Assembly: GCF_004010195.1 (NCBI RefSeq)
Contig: NC_057751.1
Coordinates: 8,560,060 to 8,607,064, forward strand
Length of the DNA: 47,005 nucleotides
Source: Chiloscyllium plagiosum
Lineage: Eukaryota
Direction of reading: 5' to 3'
Part shown: in pieces, positions 1 to 12,512 of the stretch
Layout of the letters: every line of letters begins with the position of its first letter
Numbering within the stretch: position 1 is the stretch's first letter
Notes under the pieces: model-generated
The model's database searches: none
Told to the model about the DNA's origin: nothing
What the model saw: only the letters and a program-made list of their open reading frames with translations
Program-made: the position numbers and the translations under genes

Positions 1-170
1 TCCTCTAGCTTATCTCTCCACCCTTCAGGCTCTCTGCCTTTATTCCTGATGAAGGGCTTTTGCCCGAAACGTCGATTTTACTGCTCCTCGGATGCTACCT
101 GAACTGCTGTGCTCTTCCAGCACCAATAATCCAGAATCTGGTTTCCAGCATCTGCAGTCATTGTTTTTAA
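1..170 (+). mobile_element. Penelope-like element 3' pseudo-LTR fragment (window-truncated)
   Basis: Contains cctgatgaagggcttttgcccgaaacgtc...ccagcatctgcagtc. Near-identical to the reverse complement of 46414-46603, which adjoins a GIY-YIG C-terminal coding fragment. Confidence 0.8.
46..73 (+). ncRNA. Minimal hammerhead ribozyme core (Penelope type)
   Basis: CTGATGA-A-GGGC/TTTT/GCCC-GAAAC-GTC: CUGANGA core, 4-bp stem II, GAAA, palindromic ACGT helix III and a GUC cleavage triplet. Confidence 0.75.
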
Positions 171-699
171 CCAATTTGAAAGCTCCCCCAATTCGCTGCC
201 ATGTGTCGATTTCAGCTCATCCATAATTGCCCAGAGAATCGGTAAAATCAACCAATTTACTTGGAGCTTGAGATACATGTAGGCTGGGTCAAGTCATAGT
301 TCAAGTCCCCTTCTCTTCAGTTAAGCAGGTTTTACAGCACAGCATGAGGCAAACTCTTCAATCTTCACTCTGTTTTGCCCATTTACCTGCGGTTGATTGG
401 GTTGACTTGACCATGTAGCCAAAGTCCGAACTCTTAAGATTCCACCTGACCCCCACAAGCCCAGTATACATGTTTGTATGACCTGTTTCCGTGCTGTACA
501 CCCAACATAACCATCACTGGCAGCATAGAGGGAACAGAATCAGAAATGGAATCAAATGCCTCACACCCTCGCATCCATAAAATGACATCGAAGAAACATT
601 TGAATAGTTGTCTTCACTGACTTTGACCTTGACAAGTCTGACAGTCCAATTCTATTTCTATGCAGAATCATTTATCTAACAGTAAATTGGAGACTTGTC

Positions 700-1610
700 A
701 CTTCCCAGCATGACTCAAATGAAATCAAAAGACTCAGAAATAAAAGAACCAAATTTTGCTTTGAAATTAATTTCACAAAGGCATTAATGACTGAGAAACT
801 AATTCATTATTGCTGTGATCTCGGTCCAGTATGTACCTTGTTTTCTTTTGTTCCAATTCTGAGATGTAATTTTATTCATCACCAATCAATTCCACAATCA
901 GTAGCACAGCTCCACAAGGAAGACAATACTTCACAGCTGAAGGGTTTCGTGTTACCGTTTTGAATTGACAATTGTCCCTTCGAAAGAAGCACCCAGCAAG
1001 TAGAGGAGCACTCTCGATAATTGAGGACAGATTGTATTTACATACCATCTCATCATCTTGAATTATCTTGAAGCACTTCATCTCAATCAAATGCTGTCAC
1101 TGTCCTGTGGACAAACAATCCCATTCTCAGGTACATCATCTCATTTCCGTTGTGAATTTCATTCCCTTGAAGCAACCTACTTGCTGCTTTGAAAAACTAA
1201 TGTCACTCTCAAAGAGCACTGGGGTGAGGCAAGAAAGGTTCCAGAGATGAGGTTAACAGATTCTCTTCAATGATCTCATTGGACCTAAGACCAGGAGAGA
1301 TTTCCTGCAGCAGGCTGTTGCAAAATCAGTTGCAGTTGATGAATTCTGATGAAAGCAGCAGATGAGTCTTCACGGTGAGCTGTTACGTCCCATCAGTCAT
1401 CACGGACTAGTGTCCTACAGAGAAGATGGACCTGGCACACCTTGGAACATATTGCCCTGTAGTCTGACCATCGTATACAGTGAATCAACAAACATAGTTC
1501 AACTGTAACAGCCAACTCTGGCCTGAGCTTCTGTTAAGAACCCACACTCCAACAAAACAGTCAGCTTTCAAGGTAAACAATCCCTGATTGCACAGTAGGC
1601 TGCTCACATG
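700..1610 (-). pseudogene. Very ancient CR1/L2-group RT fossil (C-terminal half)
   Basis: Minus strand gives gttccaaggtgtgccaggtcca (~VPQGSVLGP) near 1427-1448 and FKTVTRNPSAVKYCLPC (~LYKxLVRPxLEYCxxxW) in ORF 872-1090, in the expected order. Heavily decayed. Confidence 0.5.
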
Positions 1611-1617
1611 ACCAAAG

Positions 1618-1808
1618 ACATCTGGCAACACCTGTGGAGAGAACCAGAGTTAACGCTTTGAGTCTGGTCTAATTCTTCTTCGGATCTTCTCCAGAACAGC
1701 CAAAGCAAACTCAAAACGCTCGCTCTAGTTTTCTCTCCACAGACGTTGCCAGACTTGCTGAGTTTTTCCAGCATTCATTCTGTTTGTATCAGATTTCCAG
1801 CATCTGCA
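1618..1808. mobile_element. Imperfect palindromic Penelope pLTR-derived element
   Basis: tctggcaacacctgtggagagaac...gttttctctccacagacgttgccaga inverted arms; ends in ttccagcatctgca, shared with other pLTRs here. Confidence 0.6.
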
Positions 1809-2150
1809 TGGATAGGATAAATAACACAAGGTTTTTTTCCCAGGGGTAGGGGAGCCCAGAGTGAAAGGGCTTAGATTTAGGGTGAGAGGGGAAAGATATG
1901 AGAGGGATCTAAGGAGCAATGTTTTCATGAAGAGGGTGGTACATGTCTGGAATGAGTTGCCAGAGGAAGTGGTGGAGGCTGGTACAATTGCAACATTTAA
2001 AAGGCATTTGGATGGGTATATGAATAGGATGGGTTTGGAGGGATATGGGCCAGGTGCTGGCAGGTGGGACTAGATAGGGTTGGGATATCTGGTCGGCATG
2101 GATGGGTTGGATCGAAGGGTCTGTATCCGTGTCATACATCACTATGACTC
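1808..2150 (+). mobile_element. CR1 LINE 3' end (5'-truncated)
   Basis: ORF 1861-2073 RVVHVWNELPEEVVEAGTIATFKRHLD is the CR1 ORF2 C-terminus; tail ends ctatgact. Same family as 22050-22548 and 40868-41462. Confidence 0.9.
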
Positions 2151-2270
2151 GATGCAGTGTTCTGCTTTAATTCGAGCGATCTGTAAATAAAGAGTTATCT
2201 CCACACACATCCTTTCAAGGTTTCGCTGTTTTTAATGTGTGGCCACGTGACACTGGTGAATTTCTTGGGA

Positions 2271-2323
2271 ATCATGATGACACAACTGATAACTGACATC
2301 ATGATGACACAACTGATAAATGA
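2271..2323. repeat. 27-bp tandem duplication
   Basis: atcatgatgacacaactgataactgac followed by atcatgatgacacaactgataaatga. Confidence 0.85.
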
Positions 2324-2463
2324 ACTTGCAAACAAGGATCAGAACTAGACCATCGTCCCTGTCCCCAGAACGCATGTTACCATTCAATCAGTTCATGGCT
2401 GATCTTACTGTCAATTCAAATCCACAATCCCAATAATCGTTCATCCACTTGCTTCACAAGAAT

Positions 2464-3092
2464 TGTGATCGTGCTGCTCCTTTAACAAGGTTATGTTGTC
2501 CTTGGCTTTTTTTTTCGGGAAGGGTCATAAAAACATGGATTCTGAAATGTCTTGGTTTATCGAGTTGAAGCAGCTTTTAAAGTTTTTAAACAAACACTTG
2601 TACAATGAAGTGGGGGGAGATGGGAGGGGGGTGGCCAGTTCTCCCAGCTCAGCTTTTCTCTAGTTTGGTTTGGTTTTAGCGAGCAGTCAGTTTTTTTCAA
2701 GACTGCTGGTCAAAGAAACAGCTGCATGGAAGAAGGTGTTCCATGCCGAATCTCTGCCATCTCTCTCTCCAGCCAGATCCTGTGTTTGATTTTACCTTTT
2801 ATGCCAAGGGTTGTTTATGGTGATAGTTGCAGGAATTTGGAACAGCATCATTAAGCTGGGATAGTCTGTTGGGTTTTTGGTTAGGTTAAGTTATTCTGTA
2901 TTCTGTTCTCTTCTGTTTATGCTTCATTCACTACTCTGTAGATAAATTCTGTTTTGTTTGAAACTGAGGGGTTTTGACCAGCTGCATCACTCCCAGAACA
3001 TCCACTCTACACCTGCTCAAAACAACTGGAAAAGTTAGGGTCTGGGCTACCTTCTTGGGGTATTTTGAGCAGGCCTGGCCTGGTCCATAATA
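2464..3092 (+). mobile_element. Solo LTR (family A) inserted in an antisense CR1 3' fragment
   Basis: TGTGAT...CATAATA termini (CA>TA), 4-bp TSD GAAT at 2460-2463 and 3093-3096. Rejoined flanks (aagaat|ctac) resemble the CR1 antisense tail at ~21990-22010. The 3' end resembles that of 12513-13299. Confidence 0.8.
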
Positions 3093-4819
3093 GAATCTAC
3101 ACACCTCTACCTCAAATCATCTGAGACCTTGCTTCCACCACCTTCTCAGGGAGACTTGACCCTCTGTGAGGAAACAATCTGTGTTTCTGATGCTTTAAAC
3201 GAGCAAACCCTCCTGATTAAGCAGCAGCCCTCTTCTTTTGGGTCCTCCAAGAAGAAACACCCTCTCCATTTCTAATCCTTCTATGACCCCTCGGGGGCTC
3301 TGTGTTTCACTCAACAGATCTCAATTCAGAGTGTTTCAGTGCATCAGGATTTGAAGAGCCTCACTTCATGATGTGGAGCGAGTGCCCTCAGGGATTGAGA
3401 GTATGCAGGCACCCTCACCCTGAGATTCTGCAGACTTGTCTTCCCATGTGCAGGTTGCTTTAAGCAGAAGGGAAAACAACCACACCACAACCGCATTGTT
3501 ATGCGTCACCACAATGACTCCCCCATGTTCATTTCAACACTCTACACTGCGTTCATGGGTTGCAAAATCCTGGAACTCCCTCTCGAACAGCATATTTTCA
3601 GCGTATATTCACTGCAAGAAATGCAGCACTTAGGTTCATCAACTCAACACCACATGGTCAGGTTATAGGAGTTACAGTCCAACAGGGTCCTGGTTGAGTG
3701 TCATGTTGCAGCAACTGTTTACGGATTTCAGGCATCAGTACATTTCAGGGTCATGTACATGCCAACATCTCGACAAGCGTTTTCAAAAGGAGGCCTGGTT
3801 GATCATCCACAAATCGATACCTGTATTGACAAAAGCAGATTTGCCTACGTGGACAACCTAATCACATTGTCACATAGTGTGTTGCATTTTCTAAGGCACC
3901 AGACAAGGCACATCACCCTGAACATTTAAAGTGCACAAATGATTTTTGTGTATAATGATTGCGGAAGCACGAAAACCATGGTTATTTTCAATTAGTGCCT
4001 TGTTAATACAATCTCAAAGTTAATAATTCCACTGTTGACCACAATGAAGGAAAGACTCTCATTTAATATGGCACCTCTCCATTTCTGGGTGCGATCTATC
4101 TAATTTTCATAATGAGATACACACATCACAGTAAGTGAGACTGCAGTTACTGTGGGTTGGAGCTGTCAAAATCTCTAATCATTTCCTGATAGCTGTTATT
4201 GCTAAACAGATAACGAATGATGGATGACAGCAGGCAATACATCTCATTATAAATCAGGATTTCCGTAAACATGTTATAAAACAGATCCTCACCTTCATTC
4301 ATTTTCAGTGAGACAAGAATTTCTCACATTCCTACCTCTGTTAATTAAATTACTTCAGGTGACACAATCACCAACAACAAGGAAGATTAAATTGAGAACT
4401 GCTGTCCATTGAAAGATGTCATCAGACTCTGATCGCACTCGTGTATCATTTTCCTCTGTCCAGGGAAAACCATAACTCACAGAACACTCTGCCTTCCAGG
4501 ATCCAAACAGAAAAATATCGTGTATACGACATCTGATCATTTCCCAAACGTTCTCAAGGAAGTTCCCCTCCAAGTTTCACACAGTCCTGACCTAGAACCA
4601 CAGCACAGTTCTTTCACTGTCACTGGATCAAATCCTGGAATTCTCTTGCTACAGACCCCCAGCAGCTGTACCTGCATCACAAAGGCTGCAACAGTTCATC
4701 ACTATTTTATTGCTAAGGTCTTTTCCCTAGGGTGTGGGAGCTCAAAACTAGAGGGTATAATTTTCATCTGAAAGGAGAAAGATTTAAAAGTTTGACTCCT
4801 TTTTGTAACAATGGATTTT

Positions 4820-5260
4820 TTGAGCAGTGGATGCCACAATCAAGAGTTCCTTGGTTATTAATTATTTGCACATCTTCCAACATTATCCACAAAGGACGAA
4901 ATGCATCTCCCTTTATTCTGAAGAGACAACATGTTATTTACAGCTTGAGGGGAACCAGTTCGCGAGCATGGGAGAAGTTGAGGAGACAGGCCTCAGTGAA
5001 CTATCACAGCCAGTGTGGGAACTGAACCAATCTCTTTCATTAGAGCTTCATAATCAAAGACAAGAATTATATGATTGGATGATCCAGGTTATCAAGTTCC
5101 TTCTGAAGAAAATCAATGTCCTAATGTGCCTTCCATAAGGTGCAATTCTAATTGAACAAATCAGCAAAGTCAGGCAATCACCCCAATCCATGAGGAAACC
5201 GCACCTGCTTGACTCATTCAGCTTGCATCAATCAAGGACAATGAGGCACAGCAATATTGG
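4820..5260 (-). pseudogene. Very ancient CR1-group RT fossil
   Basis: Minus-strand motifs in canonical order: RCGFLMDWGDCLTLL (~QHGFxxGRSCLTNL), DIDFLQKELDNLDHPI (~LDFQKAFDKVDH), RTGSPQA (~SGVPQG), ISSFVDNVG (~ISKFADDTK). Confidence 0.65.
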
Positions 5261-5269
5261 ATGTAATAT

Positions 5270-6165
5270 GCTACCCTAGTGCCCTAGGCCCACCCACCTT
5301 CAGTTTTTCATTAATGTCCTTTCATCATAAGGTCAAAAGTGGGGATGTTCGTCGATGTCTATAGAATGTTCAGCATCATTTGGGACTCCTCTGATACTGT
5401 AGCAGTCCATGTTCAAAAGCAACACAATCTGGACAATATCCAGGATTGGACTGACAAGTGGCAAATGATATTCACGCCACACAAATGCCAGGCAATGAAC
5501 ATCTCCAACCAGAGACAGAGACAATCTAACCAACACCCCTTGACATTCAATGGTGTTGCCATCAATGAGTCCCCCACGCTCAACATCGTGGGGGTTACCA
5601 TTGACCAGAAACTTAGCTGAACTCACCATGTAAACACCGTGGCGACAAGAACGGGTGAGAGACGAGGAATGCTGCAATGAATATCACACTTCCTGACTCC
5701 CCAAAGCCTGTCCATCATCTACAAGGCACAAGTCAGGAGTGTGATGGTATTTCCCACTTGCCTGGGTGAGTGCAGCTTTAACAACACTCGAGAAGTTTGA
5801 CATCATCTACGAAAGGCAGCCTGTTCGATCTGCGCCATGTCCTCAAGCATCTACTCCCTTGACCATTGACACTCAGTAGTAGCAGTGGCAACCATCTACA
5901 AGAAATTTCCCAAAGATCCTGGGACAGCACTTTTCAAACTCTCAACCACTAACACGTGGAAGGTCAAATGCTGACTTGGAAATATATCATCGTTCCTTCA
6001 CTGTCACTGAGTCTAAATACTGGAATTCCCTCATTCAGGGCATTGAGGGTCTAACTACAGGAAGTGGACTTCAGCGGTTCAAAGCAACAGCTCACTACCA
6101 CCTTCAAGGGCAACTAGAGACAGGCTTTAAACGGTGATGAGCCAACCATGCCTATTCCTGAACCA
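5270..6165 (+). mobile_element. CR1-group LINE (family B) 3' portion: RT C-terminus plus 3' UTR
   Basis: ORF 5339-5620 VGMFVDV...LDNIQDWTDKWQMIFTPHKCQAM...LNIVGVTIDQKLS (FADD, WxxxW and LGV motifs). Its 3' UTR recurs at 7770-8085, 29230-29520 and elsewhere. Confidence 0.85.
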
Positions 6166-6194
6166 ATCATCTTCTTCGCATAAAGTTAAACAAC

Positions 6195-6860
6195 TAACTG
6201 CAGATATTGAAAATATGAAACAAAACCAGATATTGCCAGGAAAAAATCAACGAGGTAAAAACAATGACTGCAGATGCTGGAAACCAGATTCTGGATTAGT
6301 TTGCCAGGAAAACTCAGCACATCCAGCAGCACCTGTGAAAAGAAAGCAAAGTTAACATTTCAGTTCTAGTGATCTTTCTTCAGAAATTTGAGGACAGCAT
6401 CTCATTTTCCACTCAGCGGCCTTGCAACCTTTGGGATTCAACACGGAGTTCAATCATTTTCGGGCCTGAACACCTTCGTCCGTGTCCTTCACCCACCCCC
6501 ACACACCCCTGACACTGTCATGCTTGCTTTTACCACAACCGGTCCATGTTTATCGATGTACAGTCCTCATTATCTGTTGCTTTATCTCCCTGGCTTGCCA
6601 TTATTCATCCCTTTGCCTGCCTGTTTTCATCTCTGTCTCGGCTCGGTCTCCACCTATTCGCCTGACACCTGCCACCACCTCCGCCCCCCCAACCCTGCTC
6701 AATCCCCATCCCATATTAAGCATTTAATCCAGCTTTTCCTTGCTTCAAACAGTTCTGAACAAGGGACATTGGACCCGAAACACTCACTCCGCTTTCTCTC
6801 CACATCATCTTTCCACACAGTATAAATTGGTGTTCCCTTTCCAAATTTGGTTTCATGACT
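6195..6860 (+). mobile_element. Penelope-like element 3' end with inverted pLTR head and a nested pLTR fragment
   Basis: From ~6390 one frame reads QHLIFHSAALQPLGFNTEFNHF (~GIY-YIG C-terminus). Degenerate hammerhead at ~6754-6782. A ~50-bp pLTR piece (6251-6300) is flanked by duplicated ttgccaggaaaa. Confidence 0.7.
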
Positions 6861-7369
6861 CAATAAACAAGGTGAAAACTTGCCGACTACATGTTTCTTT
6901 CTCAGCTATGTATTACCTAATGTATTACTTTGCTCAACCTTTGCTTGGACTTTGGTAGACAAAAACTTAGCCACTATTATCAAACGATGAAAATGGATTA
7001 CAATAACAAATTTTTAAAGATGGGGTACAGTCTCAGAAGAAGATGGTGAAGGGGAGGAAACTGCTGACTCCAAGAGTGATGAGTCATTAAAATTCTCTAC
7101 CCGTCAGGCTAAAGTCAGATACAAGAATAATGAGAAATTTGGATTCTGTAGTCAGATACATTTGAGGGATAAGATCAGCCAAGGTCTTTTAGAATAGAAT
7201 TTGAAGGGTGAAAAGGCCTTCTGCAAATTAAATTTCTCGAGTGTTTCCCTCTCAAAGAATCCTCAGTGTATATCCCACAGTGGTGCCAGTACCAATGGTT
7301 AACATCGATACATTGACTGCTACCCAGTATTGCCTCGAGCACAGCTAGCACAAGGAATTCAGGGCCATG

Positions 7370-7622
7370 CCCCCACCCCCTCTCCGGCCTATCATCCTCA
7401 CCTTAACCTACTTCGACCTGTAGCATTCCCGACGCCCCTCCCCCAAGTCCCTCCTCTCTACCTTTTATCTTAGCCAGCTTGGCACACCTTCCTCATTCCT
7501 GAAGAAGGGCTTATGTCTGAAACGTCGATTCTCCTGCTCCTTGGATGCTGCCTGACCTGCTGCGCTTTTCCAATAACACATTTTTCAGCTCTGATCTCCA
7601 GCATCTGCAGTCCTAATTTTCT
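7370..7622 (+). mobile_element. Penelope-like 3' pLTR with hammerhead core at 7499-7526
   Basis: CTGAAGA-A-GGGC/TTAT/GTCT-GAAACGTC; reverse-complement match to 32908-33135. Confidence 0.8.
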
Positions 7623-7769
7623 CCGCATTGCCAACGTATGACATGACAAGTCAAGTAGCCATGATAGTTAAGGCTGCTGCTTTGCAGCAGAAATTACAAG
7701 CAATGTCGAAACAAGAAGTCTCCCTTATTCAGAGGATTATGTAGGAATTCACTTCGAGAAACTGTCAAG

Positions 7770-8085
7770 GGATTCACCGAAGATCATTGGACAGCTCCTT
7801 CCAAACCCACAACCTCTTCGAACTAGAAGGACTTGGGAACACGACCACCTGCAAGTTCCCCTCCAAGCCACTCACCATCCTGACTTGGAAATATACCGGC
7901 ATTCCTTCACAGTCGTTGGTTCAAAATCCTCGAATTACCTCTCTACCGGCATTGTGGGTCAACCCACAGGAAGTGGACTGCAGTGATTCAAGAAGGCACC
8001 CCCTCCCTCACCTTCTCAAGGGCAAATAGGGATGGGCTACCAATGCTGGCCAGCCAGTGACACCCAAGTCACACAAATTAATAAA
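7770..8085 (+). mobile_element. CR1-group family B 3' UTR fragment
   Basis: tgacttggaaatata...ggaagtggact...caccttctcaagggcaa, shared with 5970-6165. Confidence 0.75.
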
Positions 8086-8299
8086 AACGAAGAGGAAATG
8101 GAATCACTTCTGTGCATGAAACCGCTCTGTCTTTGTCAAAGTCATGCAAGATAAAAAAAAATTATCTCAAACTCAGCAAGCAACCAGTAAGAGGGTTCAT
8201 TTGTCATTAGGATATCAGGCAGAGATATCTTATCTGTCAAGAAACATGAGAATACAGGTAGAAGCGCAGCAAGAAGAGGGGATAGGTCTGGCATTCCAC

Positions 8300-9050
8300 T
8301 CCAGGCAGCAGATTTATGAGGCAAATCATCAGACAAAAGGTTGAATCCACAGATTATCAGCTCCAGACGTTAGGGACCCAGAAGAATAAAAGGCACATAC
8401 ATTGTTGAGTATCTTTACATGGGTCAGAGTGACATCCATGGCGTGGCTCCTGAGCACTGAGGCCACTAGTCCAGTTTTCTCAAACTGACATATTCCACCT
8501 GAACGAAGAAAGAAGTTGATATAGGATCTCATTGTCCCAATCCTGAGTGTCGCTCTTTACAAACACCAGGCCACATCTGCTAACACAGCAGGGCATCCAC
8601 AACATTCTAATGCCATCTAGTGGAATTTATCCAGAATCTGCTCTGTCCAATTCTACATTCCGACAGCAACGTTCCTTTCCCTGCACGGGCAGCTTTCTGA
8701 GAGAGATTTCGAAGACTGGCCACAATCCCACTTCTTAGTTCCAAGAGAGACAGTGAAACCCCAGGCATTTGGAGAGCTGTGCAAAGCAGTTTTAAGGACA
8801 ACACATTTTGGGTGAGGTTTCAAGTGCTCGTCATGACTTATGCAGCAATTCCAGGTGATGGATAAATAAACAGCCATATGCAGATCTCTAAACATTTCTG
8901 TCCAGGTTGCAATGGTCTCACATTAGTTTCATAGAAGCAGCGTTTTGATCCTTGGCTCACCATTGAAATGGGCTGAACCTCATGAAGCTGCCACACTTCT
9001 GTGGGACGTACAATTGAATCCTCTCGCGGGAACTGAAAGCTACCAATTAC
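8300..9050 (-). pseudogene. Very ancient CR1-group RT fossil
   Basis: Across minus-strand ORFs, in order: PTEVWQLHEVQPI (~PxxWxxAxVxPI), KCLEICI (~KxxExII), SQKAA (~FQKAF), RIGQSRFWINS (~GIxGxxLxWIxS), YINFFL..GICQFEKT (~YINDL..KFADDT). Confidence 0.5.
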
Positions 9051-9395
9051 AGACATAAATACCTGTTCGACAACATGCTAAGTATTAATTCCAACTAACA
9101 TTGTGACACACAAGATTCTCTGCACCTGAGGAACGGAAAATACAGGGGCACAGTCTCAGGAGAAGTGTTGAGTAAGTTGAGGGGAAACTATTTCACTCAA
9201 TCTTTGGTAAATCTTTGGTATTCCTGACCCCACAGTGTTGTGGACACTCCAGTTTTGAACACGTTTATGCTTGGGACAAAGAAATTTCTTTTGTCTCTGA
9301 GAGATATTTGGAGTGGGGAACCAAGTGCAGTTGAAGCCTAAGATGATCATATTGAATAGCAGAAGATGCTCGAAGGATCATATGCTCTACACCAG

Positions 9396-10164
9396 TGTTG
9401 CAACACGGCGGTGAACCCTTCTGTTAATTAAACCAAATAATCAAACAAAGCTCACCCTGCCTCGTAATCTGTTAAAATATGAGTGACAGAGAAATCCCAA
9501 ATTTCACGATTTAAAGAAAATAATATCAATTTATGTTTTAACTCTAAAAGTGAACATTAAACAACAAATATTCACAATTCTAAGCCCCCCCTTTTTCTGA
9601 ACTGCTTATTTCCTGCCTCCAACTGTATAACTATATGCTGTTCCAATAAGACACTTATTAAAATTACATCAACTTAATTTCAAAACCACACAGCCGCTGT
9701 CGTCTTCAATGTCTGTTTTCTTCCAGTGGAAGATCTCCCTGGGTCATCTTCTTTCTTTTTACTGTGAATACGTTTCATAAGAAAAGGTATCATTGATAGA
9801 GAGTGCCTCCACATTTCTTGGGTCTCTTTCCATGCCAGTTACTCTACCTGCAATTTTCAAAATGCCTGTCTTTTTTATAATCCCAACATTGGACCGTCTC
9901 ATTGATTCGATGTTGATAAACAATCAATTCAAACTTGATTAGGTTTTAGTATCCGTGGCACAATTTAAACTGATTGCCTAAATTTGAATTGTTGTCAAAA
10001 CAGCAAGTAACTCAGGTATCCATTTCATACCCAAATGTTACATGTTTTCAATTTTCCAGTGGGACTGTTATATAGTCATATCACACAGATGCTTGTAAGC
10101 TCTCAGTTCAGAACAGCAATCACTCTCTATTAAAGGTACAGTATGCACCTTCAACTTCCTAACA
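9396..10164 (-). mobile_element. Solo LTR (family B) inserted in a CR1 3' tail (~9120-9395)
   Basis: TGTTG...TAACA inverted termini; perfect 4-bp TSD CCAG at 9392-9395 and 10165-10168; TATAAAAA on the minus strand at ~9871-9879. Confidence 0.85.
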
Positions 10165-11414
10165 CCAGTTCCTCCTTAGTGTGTTCTAGTCAATTCCACT
10201 GTCAATGGTAATGAAGTGTTGCAAACTGTTGGACTGTTGAAGTTTCTCCTTCAGGTTTCCTATTTTCAGGGTGATTCTATAAATGTTACATTTTACAGTT
10301 TTTGTTGGTACCTTTTCTTTATAACTTTTTCTTTATCCTGAAATTCAATCTTCATTGAATTCCATTTGTTTTGCAGCAACTGTGCACTCCTTTTACTGCA
10401 TAAACACCTGTATCTTATTCTCTACTAGAATTGAGATATGATGCAGTTTTAAATACATTATCCCATGTTACATATACCAGTTAGCAGGTTCTTATTGAGT
10501 TATATATCTCAAAGTTTATTCACAACAAAATACATGGACATGACATCTCAGACTTGCATGTAGTTTGGGTTTTTTGCTTAGTTGCTCCTATTACAAGATA
10601 TACATCATTAACTCATGACTAACTGACCATCTGACTGTCATAATTTGACTCTTTCGGCAGAATATCAGCTGGACACCTTTGACAATGACAGCATCATGTA
10701 TAGGCGTTACCTAGTCACCTATAAGGTACAATCCTTTCTGAGATCTGTTCAATAACATATCAGAGATGTTCTGGGATACAAAGTGGATGACCTTAAAACT
10801 TGTTCACGCTGAATTCCATCCACTATAGCTTTGCCCACTCATTTTTATCTGAACACAATCCTATTTAACTTGTTATTTCCCTTTATTGGAACATCACTGG
10901 GGACACAATGAAGGCAACAGAGTACTGGATAAATTTGAGTTTAAGAAAGGCAGAGGTCATAAAGAAGAATGAAGCAAAGTGAAATTTTAAAGTCAATGTA
11001 ACTGTGAGTGAAGATTAAACTGGCTGTCCCTTTTTTTTCTACAGACAAGAGAATAGATGGCCTTATCAAATTCTCAAAAATTATTAAAGGTTTTGATCAT
11101 GTAATATCCTTGGATCAGGATGTTGGTATACAGCAGTGCTCCTCAGAAGAAAGTGACAGATATAGTGAATTCTGAATTATCTTGGATTGAAGATTTGATG
11201 CTAGTTAGTATCAGACCAAATGTATTGGGCTAAAATACTTGAACAGGTTACCTAAAGCCAAGTACAGTGTTCCAATATCGAAGTTAAAGATTCAAGTCTT
11301 CAAATCTACTGAGGTGTTTAGTACAAAGAATCTGGTGATGATATTACATGAGTGGTGTTTTCGGAACTCTATCAAGATGCATATTGACTATTATGCAAAA
11401 GCTTTGTCACTCAC

Positions 11415-11745
11415 AGAATTCCTACAGTGTGGAGGCAGACCATTCAGTCCATCGAGTTCACATAGACCCTTCGAAAAGCATCCCACCCAGACTCAATCCC
11501 TATCCCTGTAACCCTGCATTTCCCATGGCTAATCGACCTAATGTATACATATCTGGATACCACAGGGTAACTTAGCATGGCCAATCCACCTAACTTGCAC
11601 ATCTTTGGATTATGGGAGGAAACCGGAGCACACAGAAAAAACTCATGCAGACAGAAGTCCACAAAGAAAATCACCCAAGGGTTGAAAGAAACCTGGGTCC
11701 TTGGCACTGTAAGGCAGCAGTGCTAACCACCGAGCCACTGTGCTG
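11415..11745 (-). mobile_element. HE1/V-SINE-type tRNA-derived SINE
   Basis: Reverse complement of the 13549 SINE (tRNA-like head ggctcggtggttagcactgctgcc, V-domain ggtttcctcccataatccaaagatgtgc). Confidence 0.85.
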
Positions 11746-12512
11746 CTCATACTGCTCTTTTTTTTTTCCATTTATAAATGAATGTTTTGGGAATAATGGC
11801 AAACTATTTCCACTGTTGTTAAGAATATTTGAATTTGTATTGTAAGTAGAAATTTTGGATTATTCCATTTTATCTTTGTTCCTTCTGTGATTAATTTCTG
11901 TTTTATTGTTCTGGCAAAATCTGCAGCATTGCGTGTTTATGGTTCAGCAAGAGAGCACTTTGACAAAACCAAAACAAATAAAAATATGGTTTCTCAAGCT
12001 ATATTCTGACTGGGATCTGACTTGTCTGACTTGATCAACTGTGATCACAAAGCTCATCATTTTATGATGCAACTTGTGCTTTTAACAGTTGGAAAAGAAA
12101 ATGTAAGTCAAATCTGTTTTTTTATGTACTGCTACATTTGTTTGTCGATAATTGTTGTGACATTATTGTTCCGTGTTTGCACGTTGACAATCTGTTTATA
12201 TATTCTATATGTGATGATAGAAGCAGAACTGCTATTCAGCCATCACAGTGCTTGATTATTTCTTGAATAAAATGCCATTATATAAAAACAGTCCATAGCA
12301 TCACCTTCAGCTTATAATGTAGAAAGCCTCAAGTTGCTCCCAGTCTTTCCATTTCTGAGCCATAACGTTAAAATTAAATAAACGTCTTGAACAATCATAG
12401 ACACTTTAGGAACTCTGAAAATATGATTCATGGACTCATAGGACCACATTTTACGTGGAATACTCGTGCAATTTAAACCAGCTCCAAAAAAATGGTGACT
12501 CAAAATACGTTT

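Noticed and set aside
872..1090. CxxC motif (YCLPC) suggesting a zinc finger or deaminase
   Set aside because: Better explained as the decayed LINE LEYCxxxW motif, in context with upstream RT motifs.
6388..6825. 145-aa Pro/Leu-rich ORF
   Set aside because: Off-frame reading of a Penelope 3' end and its C-rich UTR.
10661..10725. Plus-strand 65-nt exon-like segment (YQLDTFDNDSIMYRRYLVTYK)
   Set aside because: Weak donor, no partner exons and no recognisable protein; cannot be supported.
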